NCBI GenBank assembly: GCA_964361825.1
Contig: CAYICB010000003.1
Coordinates: forward strand, 2,643 to 66,642
DNA from: an uncultured Candidatus Saccharibacteria bacterium
GTDB lineage: Bacteria > Patescibacteriota > Minisyncoccia > Phycocordibacterales > JACOZG01
Direction of reading: 5' to 3'
Length of the DNA: 64,000 nt
The position numbers were made by a program, and so were the translations under genes. Shown here piece by piece: positions 26,056 to 36,280 of the stretch (position 1 is the stretch's first letter; each line of letters opens with the position of its first letter). The notes beneath the pieces were generated by a model that saw only the letters and a program-made list of their open reading frames with translations, was not told where the DNA came from and ran no database searches.

Positions 26056-26149
26056 GCTGGACAAGATTTGGTAAGTGTGCGAGAGTGGGGGCGGAATAGT
26101 ATTGTCTTCGCGAGGCGGAGACTCGCTGGGTTATTGAAAGGAGTGAGCC

Positions 26150-26380
26150 ATGTTAGTGTTATCTAGGAAGCGGGATGAGAGCATTATGATCGGCGACGAT
26201 ATTGAGATTACCGTCGTTGACATCCGTGGCGACAAGGTGCGACTCGGGATCGCGGCACCGCGTCCGGTGCAGGTTCATCGCAAAGAGGTGTATGAAGATA
26301 TCCAACAAGGGCAAATGAAACTGCCCTATATGGATGATCGGCCAGCCAGCAAGAATGGAACAGCCGATTATCAGGTGTGA
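26150..26380 (+). CDS. csrA: Carbon storage regulator CsrA/RsmA
   Basis: [21 protein letters not shown]...VRLGI.AP..V.VHRKEVY; GAAAGGAG SD. Confidence 0.95.
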   Translation: MLVLSRKRDESIMIGDDIEITVVDIRGDKVRLGIAAPRPVQVHRKEVYEDIQQGQMKLPYMDDRPASKNGTADYQV

Positions 26381-26410
26381 TATTTGATCGTCGGCAGGAG
26401 GTCGGGGGAG

Positions 26411-26451
26411 GGGGAGCTATTCACCAAGCGGGTAATAGCTTCCCTTTTTTT
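26411..26451 (+). terminator. Terminator after csrA
   Basis: GGGAGCTATT/AATAGCTTCC stem followed by T7. Confidence 0.7.
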
Positions 26452-26830
26452 ATTTGCGGAAGAAGTGAAGGGTTTTGGCCGATTTAGCCTCGAGGAAGTT
26501 TTGGCAAAACTTTTCGGCCGTTTCTGGTTCAAAGAATTTGCAGGAGAACACATCAATGAAAGCGCGACTTTTGCCCTCGTCGAAGTGCATGGTGACGGAA
26601 GATGTTTCAATAAACTGAAAGGCAGAATAACCCTCCAGTGGCCCCTCGGCAAAGCGTTGGATCATGGGCTCACCATAACGCTTCATTTTTATTTCTTCAC
26701 ACAAGCCCTCAATAAGGACCCGAATTTTTTCCGGATCTTTGATAAACTGGGGATGGCAGTCATAGAGGTCAATTGAGGCCACCATCCCCCAACACTGGTT
26801 CTCTTCGTACTCGGTTTGAAGTTTGTTCAC
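26450..26830 (-). CDS. S-adenosylmethionine decarboxylase-family proenzyme (SpeD-like)
   Basis: IDLYDC, GYS...IETSSVTMH (self-cleavage region) and IDVFSCK. Confidence 0.85.
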   Translation of the reverse strand: MNKLQTEYEENQCWGMVASIDLYDCHPQFIKDPEKIRVLIEGLCEEIKMKRYGEPMIQRFAEGPLEGYSAFQFIETSSVTMHFDEGKSRAFIDVFSCKFFEPETAEKFCQNFLEAKSAKTLHFFRK

Positions 26831-26888
26831 TCGCGTAAAATTAATTAGTTTCTAATAAAACGTTTTCATTATAAGTAAACTGTCAAGG

Positions 26889-28325
26889 ATGACAATAGTG
26901 CATAACTTATTTGCCTTCTTCTTGAGCTTTGGACTGGGGGTGGTGGCCCAGTTTTATTGGGCTTTGCCTTGGCCTTTTTTGGTAGGCCTCACCTTTTTGA
27001 TTTTGATCTTTTTATTCTATTATCATTTTTCTCGCGCGGTTCCATATCTTTTGGCGGCGATTATTCTCTTTGGTTTTACCTTGGGGGTCGGTCGTTTGTG
27101 GTTAACCGAGAGTTTGCGCGATCGGGAATTAGATCAGTATTTGGGCCAAGAGATCACCTTTCAGGGTCACCTCATTGCGCCGCCCGATGAGCGCGAGGTA
27201 TTTACGCGAGTGGTGGTGCGTCCGGAGGGGTGGCGGGTGGCGATTGCTTTTGACTTGCCGCGGGGCGATGAGTGGCACTATGGCGATTTGGTGCAGGTCA
27301 CTGGTTTACTCGCACCCCGAGCTCGCGGGGCGAGTTTTACGCTTGATTATGAACTCAAATCAGCCGAGGTAGAGATTTTGCCTAGCCAAAATTTTAGCTT
27401 CCGGCGGAGCCTGTTTTGGCTTAAAGACCAATTTCTCGAAAACCTTAAACAACTTTATCCGGAGCCGGCGGCTGGTCTGGTGGCCGGCCTTCTCTTTGGC
27501 GAGAAGCATGCTTTGGGCGAAAAGTGGTCCGAGTATTTCCGTGCCGCTGGCCTTTCTCACATTGTGGTGCTCTCGGGTTATAACCTCACCTTGGTGGCCA
27601 CGCTAATTTTGAGCTTTTTTGCTTGGTGTCGAGTGTCTTTGCGCCCGCGTTTAATTCTGGGAGCCATAGGAATTATCGCTTTTACCTTGATGACTGGCGC
27701 TTCGGCCGCTACCGTGCGCGCGGCAATGATGGCTTTGGTGGCTCTGCTCGCTCGAGCGGCGGGTCGAGAATATGCGGCGGGCACGGCCCTGTTTCTGGCT
27801 GGTTTCTTGATGTTGCTGTATGAGCCGCGGTTATTGGTTGGTGACCTTGGCTTCCAATTATCCTTTTTGGCTACTTTTGCTTTAATTTATTTTTCTCCCG
27901 TGATGGAAAGAGTTTTTGGTTTTTGGCCCAAAACGCGACTAGCTCTCTGGCGCGAAGTAGCCATTACCACCCTCGCGGTACAAATCTTTCTGGTGCCTTG
28001 GCTTTTATATAAATTTGGTACTGTTTCTCTTCTTGGTTTACCGGCTAATATTTTGGTTTTACCGCTGGTGCCACCAGTGATGCTCTTGGGTTTTGGCGCG
28101 AGCTTGCTCGGATCAATTAGTTCGCTTTTAGCTTGGCCGGTGATGGCTATTTCTTATCCGATTATTGCCTTAATGCTTTGGCTCGCCAAGCTTTTTGCTA
28201 CGCCAACCATGGCCACCTTTGAGGTCACAAACTTTTCTGTTTCCACCGTGATAATTTGTTATTTGTTTTACTTCGGAATCATTCTGTGGCATAATCGGAA
28301 AGGATGGTTGCTGGTGGGCCAGTAA
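26889..28325 (+). CDS. comEC: ComEC/Rec2 competence protein, membrane/OB part
   Basis: AGLSHIVVLSGYN, RAAMM and DLGFQLSF motifs; multiple TM helices. Confidence 0.92.
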   Translation: MTIVHNLFAFFLSFGLGVVAQFYWALPWPFLVGLTFLILIFLFYYHFSRAVPYLLAAIILFGFTLGVGRLWLTESLRDRELDQYLGQEITFQGHLIAPPDEREVFTRVVVRPEGWRVAIAFDLPRGDEWHYGDLVQVTGLLAPRARGASFTLDYELKSAEVEILPSQNFSFRRSLFWLKDQFLENLKQLYPEPAAGLVAGLLFGEKHALGEKWSEYFRAAGLSHIVVLSGYNLTLVATLILSFFAWCRVSLRPRLILGAIGIIAFTLMTGASAATVRAAMMALVALLARAAGREYAAGTALFLAGFLMLLYEPRLLVGDLGFQLSFLATFALIYFSPVMERVFGFWPKTRLALWREVAITTLAVQIFLVPWLLYKFGTVSLLGLPANILVLPLVPPVMLLGFGASLLGSISSLLAWPVMAISYPIIALMLWLAKLFATPTMATFEVTNFSVSTVIICYLFYFGIILWHNRKGWLLVGQ

Positions 28326-28356
28326 CCAATTGGGCCATAGCGAAGGAGTGCTCGGC

Positions 28357-28464
28357 GTGTTTCATCTCGATTCTTCTTATTTTGGCGTGATGGGTTGTAT
28401 TGCGGTGGCGATTGCGTTGGCAGTGATTGTGGCGGGGCGTGTTTTCGACAAGAGGCGAGATTAG
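28357..28464 (+). CDS. Unannotated 35-aa single-TM micropeptide (MFHLDSSYFGVMGCIAVAIALAVIVAGRVFDKRRD)
   Basis: AAGGAG SD 8 nt before GTG; TM helix and basic tail; terminator follows. Confidence 0.6.
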   Translation: MFHLDSSYFGVMGCIAVAIALAVIVAGRVFDKRRD

Positions 28465-28486
28465 TGCTGATCGGGCGGGGTAGCTT

Positions 28487-28524
28487 GTTGCCAGTTTGGT
28501 TGAAAAACCGCTGGCAACTTTTTT
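28487..28524 (+). terminator. Hairpin terminator
   Basis: GTTGCCAG/CTGGCAAC stem with inner GGTT-GAAA-AACC, followed by a T run. Confidence 0.7.
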
Positions 28525-28548
28525 GTTTTCTCGCGATAATTTGGCTTA

Positions 28549-29415
28549 ATGATCAAATTGCTTCGCACGCACTACCTTTGGTTTTTGACCCTCTTTTTTC
28601 TGTTGGCAAATCTTTTGGTTTGGCCCAAGGTTTTGGCCGAGCGCCAAGCTTTACTCAAAGTCGCCTTTCTTGATATTGGTCAAGGCGATGCGATTTATAT
28701 TGAGGCACCCAATGGCAATCAAATTTTGCTTGATGGTGGCCGGGGGCGGCAAGTGCTCGCGGCGCTTGGCGAAGTGATGCCTTTCTCTGATCGTTCGCTT
28801 GATTTAGTGATTGCTTCGCATCCCGACGCTGACCATATTGGTGGTTTGGTGGATGTGTTTGATCGTTATGAAATTGGTGGTTTTATGGAGTCGGGAGTAG
28901 CGGCCGAGACCGAGGTTTACGGTTTTTTACAAGAGCGAGTGAAGGCAGAGGGAGCTAAACCAGTTTTGGCGCGGCGAGGAACCATTATTACTCTCGACGC
29001 CGCGCGCCAAATTTATCTCACGGTGCTTTTCCCCGATCGCGACACCACTGGCATGGAGACCAATGAGGCTTCCATTATCGCCAAACTTACCTACGGCGAG
29101 TCTGACTTTTTGCTCACTGGTGATTCACCGATGAAAATTGAAGAATATCTGACCGGTAGTGACGCCGAGAGTCTTGCGAGTGAGGTGCTCAAGCTGGGGC
29201 ATCATGGTTCCAAGACTTCGAGTAGCGCCGAATTTCTCGCCGCCGTTAAGCCGGCGTATGCCATTATTTCTGTGGGTAAAAATAGCTATGGTCACCCGAG
29301 CCCAGAGGTGCTTGATCGTTTAGAAAAGGCTCAAATTCCCTCTCTCCGCACCGATGAAGAAGGGACCATTATTTTTGAAACCGATGGCAAAAAAATTACT
29401 TGGCGCTCGATTTGA
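28549..29415 (+). CDS. ComEC-type metallo-beta-lactamase domain protein
   Basis: DIGQGD, SHPDADHIGG, GHHGS and YGHP motifs. Confidence 0.92.
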   Translation: MIKLLRTHYLWFLTLFFLLANLLVWPKVLAERQALLKVAFLDIGQGDAIYIEAPNGNQILLDGGRGRQVLAALGEVMPFSDRSLDLVIASHPDADHIGGLVDVFDRYEIGGFMESGVAAETEVYGFLQERVKAEGAKPVLARRGTIITLDAARQIYLTVLFPDRDTTGMETNEASIIAKLTYGESDFLLTGDSPMKIEEYLTGSDAESLASEVLKLGHHGSKTSSSAEFLAAVKPAYAIISVGKNSYGHPSPEVLDRLEKAQIPSLRTDEEGTIIFETDGKKITWRSI

Positions 29416-29599
29416 GTTGGCGATTTTGCTTGAGGCAGGAGGTGCAGACTTTGATTCTGCCGCCACCGGGTAAAGCGGCCCATTGGAGATTGGGATATTT
29501 GCGCTTCATGCCGACGGGGTTAAACTTGGTCGCGCGGACGCGATTAGAATATTTCCCGGCCATGATCGTGCCTTTATTGCAGGTTGGGCAGACTTTCAT
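29396..29599 (-). CDS. rpmB: 50S ribosomal protein bL28
   Basis: C..C.KG...PNLQ...KVCTSC. Confidence 0.9.
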   Translation of the reverse strand: MKVCPTCNKGTIMAGKYSNRVRATKFNPVGMKRKYPNLQWAALPGGGRIKVCTSCLKQNRQLKSSAK

Positions 29600-29630
29600 T
29601 TCGGAGGTATGCTAACATGCTGGTTTAATT

Positions 29631-30230
29631 ATGACAATTACCTTTGTTTTCAGTTTAGCGATTCTTATTATGTCGGTGGTGATTCACGAGGTGGCCCATG
29701 GTTATGCCGCCGAGGCGCTCGGCGACTCCACCGCGCGCTTGCAAGGGCGACTCACGCTTAATCCGCTGGCGCATCTCGATTGGTTTGGTTCGGTAATTTT
29801 ACCGCTGATGCTCTCGCTTTTACCGGGCGGACTCGTTTTTGGCTGGGCCAAGCCGGTGCCGTATAATCCGTATAATCTCCGCGGGGGCAAATGGGGTCCG
29901 GCGTTGGTAGCCGCGGCTGGGCCAGCATCTAATTTATTCTTAATGGCGTTTTTTGCCCTCTTTTTGCGCCTTTTTGCTTGGTCGGGGCCAGTAATTTATT
30001 TGGCGAGTTCCATTGTGCTCGTTAATCTCGCCCTCGCTATTTTCAACTTAATTCCTGTTCCGCCACTCGATGGTTCTAAAATTCTTTTTGCTATCCTGCC
30101 ATACCGTTTGCGCTCCCTCGAGAACTTCCTCACCACCTATTCCCTTTTCTTCGTTTTCCTTCTCCTTTTCGTCCTTTGGGATTTTATCTCACCGCTCGTC
30201 TTCACCATCTTCACCTGGCTGGTGGGGTAG
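29631..30230 (+). CDS. Site-2 protease family (M50) membrane metalloprotease
   Basis: HEVAH, AGPASN and FNLIPVPPLDG. Confidence 0.93.
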   Translation: MTITFVFSLAILIMSVVIHEVAHGYAAEALGDSTARLQGRLTLNPLAHLDWFGSVILPLMLSLLPGGLVFGWAKPVPYNPYNLRGGKWGPALVAAAGPASNLFLMAFFALFLRLFAWSGPVIYLASSIVLVNLALAIFNLIPVPPLDGSKILFAILPYRLRSLENFLTTYSLFFVFLLLFVLWDFISPLVFTIFTWLVG

Positions 30231-30280
30231 CGACTTGCGTCTTTGGGGGAAACATATTAAAGTGGTAGCTCACAAGTTTT

Positions 30281-30700
30281 ATGCCGACAGTTAATCAATT
30301 AATTAAGAACCCTCGCCGGGCCGTGCGCGTGAAGAGCCGCACGGTTGGCTTGGCGAATGGCTTCAACACCAAGAAGAGCCGCCCCATTTTTTACCCCTCA
30401 CCATTTAAGCGGGGAGTTTGTGTGCAGGTTAAAACGACGACACCGAAGAAGCCAAACTCCGCGGTGCGGAAAATCGCTCGGGTGCGCCTCTCTAATGGGA
30501 TGGAGGTCACCGCCTATATTCCCGGTATTGGTCACAATCTCCAAGAACACTCGGTGGTAATGATTCGTGGCGGTCGGGTGAAGGACCTTCCCGGCGTGCG
30601 TTATCATATTGTGCGTGGTCGATATGATTCATCCGGCGTAGATAAGCGGATGAAGGGCCGCTCGCTCTATGGAGCCAAGAGACCAAAGAAAGGCAAATAA
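30281..30700 (+). CDS. rpsL: 30S ribosomal protein uS12
   Basis: TPKKPNSA and [10 protein letters not shown]. Confidence 0.99.
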   Translation: MPTVNQLIKNPRRAVRVKSRTVGLANGFNTKKSRPIFYPSPFKRGVCVQVKTTTPKKPNSAVRKIARVRLSNGMEVTAYIPGIGHNLQEHSVVMIRGGRVKDLPGVRYHIVRGRYDSSGVDKRMKGRSLYGAKRPKKGK

Positions 30701-30706
30701 TTAAAC

Positions 30707-31201
30707 ATGAGACGCAAAGTTAAAAATCGAATTAAACTCCAACCAGATTTGGCCTACCAATCGCTCAAAATTGCGAAACTAATTAACTATGTGATGGATT
30801 CGGGTAAAAAGAATACCGCGCGTAAGGTGGTGTATGGCGCCCTTGACCAGATTAAAGAAAAAACCAAACAAGAGGCCTTAGAAGTTTTTGAAGAGGCGGT
30901 TAAGAATGCTGGGCCAGCCATGGAGCTCCGTTCGCGCCGGGTGGGTGGTGCTAATTATCAGATTCCTCACGAGGTGAGCCCAGAGCGCCGCCTCACGCTT
31001 GCCTTGCGGTGGATGGTAGAAGCTGCTTCGAGCAAAAAGGGGCGACCGATGGCCCAGAAATTGGCCGAAGAGATTGTGGCGGCGGCAAAAAATGAGGGTG
31101 AGGCGGTAAAAAAGCGCGAGATGATTCACCGGATGGCCGAGGCCAACCGCGCCTTTGCTCACTTTGCTCGGACACAAAATAAGCCTAAGGTTGTTGCTTA
31201 A
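30707..31201 (+). CDS. rpsG: 30S ribosomal protein uS7
   Basis: [12 protein letters not shown] and [10 protein letters not shown]. Confidence 0.99.
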   Translation: MRRKVKNRIKLQPDLAYQSLKIAKLINYVMDSGKKNTARKVVYGALDQIKEKTKQEALEVFEEAVKNAGPAMELRSRRVGGANYQIPHEVSPERRLTLALRWMVEAASSKKGRPMAQKLAEEIVAAAKNEGEAVKKREMIHRMAEANRAFAHFARTQNKPKVVA

Positions 31202-33343
31202 ATGAATCGCGATTATCCGCTCGAGAAGGTTCGGAATTTTGGAATTATTGCCCACATTGATGCGGGCAAAACTACGGTGAGCGAAAGAATCCTTTTCTAC
31301 ACCGGCGTCTCACACAAGATTGGCGAAGTGCATGAGGGCGATACGGTGATGGACTGGATGGAGCAAGAGCGCGAACGCGGGATTACGATTACCGCCGCGG
31401 CCACCACCTGTTTTTGGACCCCAAGTTATGCAGCCGGCGACCTCACCAAGAAGCATCGTTTTAATATTATCGATACGCCCGGTCACATTGATTTTACGAT
31501 TGAAGTAAAGCGTTCTTTGCGCGTGCTCGATGGTGCGGTGGTGGTCTTCGACGGCGTGAGCGGCGTCGAGCCGCAATCAGAAACCAATTGGCGCTATGCC
31601 GATGAGGGTAAGGTGCCTCGCCTATGCTTTATCAATAAACTAGACCGGATGGGCGCCTCCTTCGAATTTTCTTATGGCACGATTCTCGATCGGCTCACCA
31701 AGCAGGCGGTGCGTTACCAAATTCCGATTGGGCTTGAGGAAAACTTTGCTGGTGTGATCGATCTTTTGCAGAAAAAGGCTTATGGCTTCGAGGGTGAGAA
31801 GGGCCAAACGATTAAAGAAATTCCGATTCCCTCCGATTTGCAAGCCGAGGTTGATAAATATCATGCTGAATTAGTGGAACGCATTGCCGAGACAGACGAT
31901 GCGCTCATGACCGAGTATTTAGAGGGCAAAACGATTGCTCCTGATGTGCTTAAGGTCGCCCTGCGGAAGGCGGTGATTGCTAATAAGATTGTGCCGGTTT
32001 TTTGTGGTTCGGCGCTTAAGAATAAGGGGGTTCAGCTTGTGCTTGATGGAGTGGTGGATTATTTGCCTTCGCCGCTCGATATTCCGCCAACAAAAGGAAT
32101 TGATGAGCGCACGGGTGAAGTGGTGGAGCGCTTGCCTTCTGACGAGGCGCCTTTTGCCGCTCTCGCTTTCAAAATTCAAACTGATCCTTTTGTGGGGCAA
32201 CTCGTTTTCTTCCGGGTTTATTCGGGCAAGATTGAGGCCGGTTCATATATTTATAATACCCGCACGCGAACCAAAGAGCGGGTGGGTCGGATTGTGCGTT
32301 TGCATGCCAATGAGCGAGAGGATGTGAAGGTGGTTTATGCCGGAGAAATTGCCGCGACCGTGGGCTTGAAGGATGTGAAAACCTCCGACACTTTTTGCGA
32401 TATTGATAATCCGATTATTCTTGACCAAATTGTGGTGCCGGAGCCAGTGGTCTCGATGAAGATTGAGCCGAAGACTAAAGCCGACCAAGAGAAAATGGGC
32501 ATGGCGATGAAGAAGCTCTCCGACGAAGACCCAACTTTTAAAATTAAATCTGATCCAGAAACTCTTGAGACTATTATTTCTGGGATGGGTGAATTGCATC
32601 TTGAGGTGCTGGTAGAGCGGATGAAGCGCGAATTTGGCGTGGAGGCTAATGTGAGCAAACCACAAGTGGCTTATAAGGAAACAATTACCGCCGAGGCCGA
32701 AGCCGAAGGGAAGTATATTAAGCAAAGTGGTGGCCGTGGTCAGTATGGTCATGTGCGTTTGCGAGTGAAGCCGCTTAAACCGCTCGAGGAAGGGGCGAAG
32801 ATTCCGAAGAATGTGACCCGCGAGCCCGGTTTCGAATTTATCAATGCGATTAAAGGTGGCGTGGTGCCACAAGAATATATTACGCCGGTGGAGAAGGGGG
32901 TGCGTGAGGGGATGGAGCGTGGCGTGGTCGCCGGCTTTTTGCTCGTCGATATCTCGGTCGAGCTTTATGACGGCTCTTATCACGAGGTGGATTCTTCAGA
33001 AATGGCCTTCAAGATGGCGGGCTCGATGGCTTTGCAAGAAGCAGCGCGGCGCGCTAAACCCGTTCTTCTAGAACCTATTATGAAGATAGAAGTGATTGTG
33101 CCGGAGAAGTTTATGGGTGATATTACCGGGCATCTCAACTCTAAGCGCGGGCAGATTGAAGGGATGGAAGATCGCGGTAATGCCAAGGTTATTCGCGCTA
33201 AAGTGCCACTGGCCGAGATGTTTGGTTATGTCACCACTCTCCGCTCGCAAACCGAAGGCCGCGGTTCCTTCAATATGGAATTTGCCGAATACGCCATCAT
33301 TCCCAACAATGTGGCGCAGAAGATTGTGGAAGCGCGGCAGTGA
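31202..33343 (+). CDS. fusA: Elongation factor G
   Basis: [18 protein letters not shown] and GMGELHL. Confidence 0.99.
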   Translation: MNRDYPLEKVRNFGIIAHIDAGKTTVSERILFYTGVSHKIGEVHEGDTVMDWMEQERERGITITAAATTCFWTPSYAAGDLTKKHRFNIIDTPGHIDFTIEVKRSLRVLDGAVVVFDGVSGVEPQSETNWRYADEGKVPRLCFINKLDRMGASFEFSYGTILDRLTKQAVRYQIPIGLEENFAGVIDLLQKKAYGFEGEKGQTIKEIPIPSDLQAEVDKYHAELVERIAETDDALMTEYLEGKTIAPDVLKVALRKAVIANKIVPVFCGSALKNKGVQLVLDGVVDYLPSPLDIPPTKGIDERTGEVVERLPSDEAPFAALAFKIQTDPFVGQLVFFRVYSGKIEAGSYIYNTRTRTKERVGRIVRLHANEREDVKVVYAGEIAATVGLKDVKTSDTFCDIDNPIILDQIVVPEPVVSMKIEPKTKADQEKMGMAMKKLSDEDPTFKIKSDPETLETIISGMGELHLEVLVERMKREFGVEANVSKPQVAYKETITAEAEAEGKYIKQSGGRGQYGHVRLRVKPLKPLEEGAKIPKNVTREPGFEFINAIKGGVVPQEYITPVEKGVREGMERGVVAGFLLVDISVELYDGSYHEVDSSEMAFKMAGSMALQEAARRAKPVLLEPIMKIEVIVPEKFMGDITGHLNSKRGQIEGMEDRGNAKVIRAKVPLAEMFGYVTTLRSQTEGRGSFNMEFAEYAIIPNNVAQKIVEARQ

Positions 33344-33351
33344 TTTAATTT

Positions 33352-33978
33352 GTGATTAGCAAATGGCTTAAAAAGTTGTTTGCTTGGCGTTTATCTGGGG
33401 CCCGAAGGGAGAAGTTTGAAATAAAAGTTAGACCGTTTAAAGAAAAAATCTTTCGTGATTTGTTGGGCAAAGAAATTTTGGAACTCGGCGCCGGTGCTGG
33501 GGTAAATGTGCGTTATTATGCTGGTGCCAAGTTTGTTTATTTGGTTGAACCCAACCTAGAGATGAGATCTTATTTAGAGAAAAGATGCCAAGCCGAGAAA
33601 TTGCCAAGCAAAATTTTAACTGACCAAGCAGAAAATTTATCTCTCCCAGATCAATCGGTGGAGGTAGTGATCAGCTCTTTTGTTCTCTGTAGTGTGAAAA
33701 ATGTGCCTAAGGTGTTAACTGAAATTGCTCGAGTCCTCAAGCCCGGCGGGAAGTTTATCTTTGTAGAACATGTGGGAGCTAAGACGGGAATAAGGGCCAC
33801 AATGCAAAGAGCGATAAGGCCACTCTGGCGTTTTTGGTCTGATGGTTGTGATTGTTGTCGAAACACCGAGATCTTGATTCGTCAGGCGAATTTGTTTTCA
33901 AAAATTGAGTTACAAGAATACCATCAAGTTCCTAGCTTTATCGCTCGACCATGGATTTTGGGTGTAGCTTTTAAATAA
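33352..33978 (+). CDS. Class I SAM-dependent methyltransferase
   Basis: ILELGAGAG, VLCSV and RVLKPGG. Confidence 0.9.
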   Translation: MISKWLKKLFAWRLSGARREKFEIKVRPFKEKIFRDLLGKEILELGAGAGVNVRYYAGAKFVYLVEPNLEMRSYLEKRCQAEKLPSKILTDQAENLSLPDQSVEVVISSFVLCSVKNVPKVLTEIARVLKPGGKFIFVEHVGAKTGIRATMQRAIRPLWRFWSDGCDCCRNTEILIRQANLFSKIELQEYHQVPSFIARPWILGVAFK

Positions 33979-33984
33979 TACAAA

Positions 33985-34046
33985 CCACGAGGGTTCCCCT
34001 CGTGGGGAGAAAAAAAGAACCGCCGGGGATTTCCTCGGCGGTTCTT
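33985..34046. terminator. Two adjacent hairpins between convergent genes
   Basis: CCACGAGGG/CCCTCGTGG and AAGAACCGCCG/CGGCGGTTCTT with an A run (T run on the minus strand). Confidence 0.7.
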
Positions 34047-34060
34047 GGGGGCTGTGATTT

Positions 34061-34444
34061 TTACAACCAATGGATCTGTCCGTATTCGTCGGTTCGGTGG
34101 TCCTTGGTCATTGTGCCGAGCGCGGGGACCTTTTGGAGATTGCAGAAGCCTTTTTGGAGTAAAGCACGAGCCTTTTCTTTATCGGAAAGTTGATAGGTTT
34201 CCAAGACTTTCCTCATGGTTCGATTGCCACAATCCGCGCATTGAATGATTTCGTAATCGCGCCTGTTTCCCGGCTTGAGGTCGTCGGCATAAATGATCCA
34301 GTTTTGCTGTCTCTCAAATCGCCTTTCGCACCCCGGGCAACAATTGGGAACAAATCTCTCCACCCCGTACATCCACTTTCCCCCCTGCTCAATTATCGCT
34401 TGTTGTAGCCGATCAAGTTCTATCGCTGCCGGTAGCGTCATCAC
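34061..34444 (-). CDS. Orphan protein with two CxxC pairs (putative zinc ribbon)
   Basis: AGGAG SD; CPGC...CADC; own terminator. Confidence 0.7.
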   Translation of the reverse strand: MMTLPAAIELDRLQQAIIEQGGKWMYGVERFVPNCCPGCERRFERQQNWIIYADDLKPGNRRDYEIIQCADCGNRTMRKVLETYQLSDKEKARALLQKGFCNLQKVPALGTMTKDHRTDEYGQIHWL

Positions 34445-34530
34445 ATTTCTCCTAAAAAGGTGAACTATTTACCCTGTGGGGGAGTTAAGCATAAAAGTGT
34501 TACATTTGCTACTGTACTCACTACATATAT

Positions 34531-34559
34531 TTGACGCCCCCAGAGTGGTTTGCTAGTAT
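34531..34559 (+). promoter_or_regulatory. tuf/S10 promoter
   Basis: TTGACG N17 TAGTAT with extended TG. Confidence 0.55.
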
Positions 34560-34666
34560 TCTAGGGCGCTTTGGGCGCGTCGGTTTTTCTCTAATTTCAA
34601 TCCTAAATTCGCCACAGGCGAATCGGACAAGAAAATTATTAGTTTAGTAAATTTAATTTAAAAAAT

Positions 34667-35872
34667 ATGGCAGTAGATAAATTTGATCGTAATAAGCCCC
34701 ATGTGAATGTGGGCACCATTGGTCACGTTGACCACGGCAAGACCACGCTCACCGCGAGTATTTTGCATGTTCTCGACCTCAATAAAGACAAGGGCTATGG
34801 CGCTCGAGTTGAGGGTATTGACGGTATCGATAATGCTCCCGAAGAGAAGGCTCGAGGTATCACCATTGCCCTCCACCACTCGGAGTATTGGACGCCAAAG
34901 CGTCACTATGCCCACATTGATGCGCCCGGTCATGCCGATTACATCAAAAACATGATTACCGGTGCCGCCCAAATGGATGGCGCGATTATTGTGGTGGCCG
35001 CTCCAGATGGCGCGATGCCGCAAACGCATGAACACATTTTGCTGGCTCGCCAAGTGGGTGTGCCAAAGATTATTGTTTTCCTCAACAAAGTAGACATGGT
35101 CGACGACAAAGAGTTGGTTGACTTGGTAGAAGCCGAGGTTCGCGAACTCTTAACTAAACACGGTTATGATGGCGCCAATACGCCCATTATCCGCGGTTCT
35201 GGTCTTAAGGCCCTAGAAGCCAAGAGCGCTGATGATGAATATGCTAAGAAAGTCCTTGAGCTTGTTGACACCCTCGACACCTTCATGCCTGATCCAGTGC
35301 GGGAGACTGATAAGCCCTTTTTGATGCCGATCGAAGACATTTTCTCGATCGAAGGTCGCGGTACGGTGGTTACTGGTCGGATTGAGCGCGGTCGGGTAAA
35401 AGTGGGCGAAGAAGTCGAGATTGTGGGTATTAAGGATACGGCCAAAACCACGATTACCGGTATCGAAATGTTTAATAAGCAACTCGATGAGGGTCTGGCT
35501 GGCGATAATGCCGGTATTCTTCTTCGGGGTACCAAGAAGGAGGATGTAACTCGTGGTCAGGTGCTCGCTAAAACTGGTTCGGTTACACCGCATACTGAAT
35601 TTACGGCTGAAGTTTATATTTTGAAGAAAGAAGAAGGTGGCCGTCATACGCCATTCTTTACGGGCTATAAGCCACAGTTCTATATTCGAACCACGGATGT
35701 GACGGGTGAAGTAACGCTCGATGAAGCGGTAAAGATGGTCATGCCCGGTGATACCGTTACCTTTAAGGTTAAGCTGGTGGCGCCAGTGGCTCTTGAAGAA
35801 AAGCAACGCTTTGCGATTCGTGAGGGTGGCAAAACCGTAGGTGCTGGCGTGGTCACTAAGATTACTGCCTAA
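34667..35872 (+). CDS. tuf: Elongation factor Tu
   Basis: [17 protein letters not shown] and NKVD. Confidence 0.99.
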   Translation: MAVDKFDRNKPHVNVGTIGHVDHGKTTLTASILHVLDLNKDKGYGARVEGIDGIDNAPEEKARGITIALHHSEYWTPKRHYAHIDAPGHADYIKNMITGAAQMDGAIIVVAAPDGAMPQTHEHILLARQVGVPKIIVFLNKVDMVDDKELVDLVEAEVRELLTKHGYDGANTPIIRGSGLKALEAKSADDEYAKKVLELVDTLDTFMPDPVRETDKPFLMPIEDIFSIEGRGTVVTGRIERGRVKVGEEVEIVGIKDTAKTTITGIEMFNKQLDEGLAGDNAGILLRGTKKEDVTRGQVLAKTGSVTPHTEFTAEVYILKKEEGGRHTPFFTGYKPQFYIRTTDVTGEVTLDEAVKMVMPGDTVTFKVKLVAPVALEEKQRFAIREGGKTVGAGVVTKITA

Positions 35873-35905
35873 AGTTTGTCTGATAGCTTGGCCCCAATAA
35901 CCAAC

Positions 35906-36280
35906 ATGAGTTCAGAAATTACTAAAGAAAAGCCAGCTAAGTCTAAGGTTAAGGTGGCGCCTAAGGATGGTTTACCGCAAAAGATTAGAATTCGTGTTTC
36001 GGCTTACGAAAACAAGGTTTTAGACGCTAGTGTGAAGCAAATTATAGACACCGCTAGTCGTTACGATGCGGTGGTGCGTGGCCCGGTGCCTCTCCCAACC
36101 GAGATTAAGAAATATACGGTTAACCGCAGTTCTTTTGTTCACAAAAACGCGCGAGAGCAGTTTGAGATGCGAGTTCATAAGCGGTTGATTGACATTCTTA
36201 ATCCTTCGGGCAAGATTGTGGAACATCTCACTAATTTAAATTTGCCTTCAGCGGTAAATATTGATGTCAAAATGTTATGA
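35906..36280 (+). CDS. rpsJ: 30S ribosomal protein uS10
   Basis: GPVPLPT and AREQFEMRVHKRLIDI. Confidence 0.98.
   Translation: MSSEITKEKPAKSKVKVAPKDGLPQKIRIRVSAYENKVLDASVKQIIDTASRYDAVVRGPVPLPTEIKKYTVNRSSFVHKNAREQFEMRVHKRLIDILNPSGKIVEHLTNLNLPSAVNIDVKML

Noticed and set aside
26889-29415. Split comEC as a pseudogene
   Set aside because: Both parts are intact with their own starts; separate membrane and MBL genes are common
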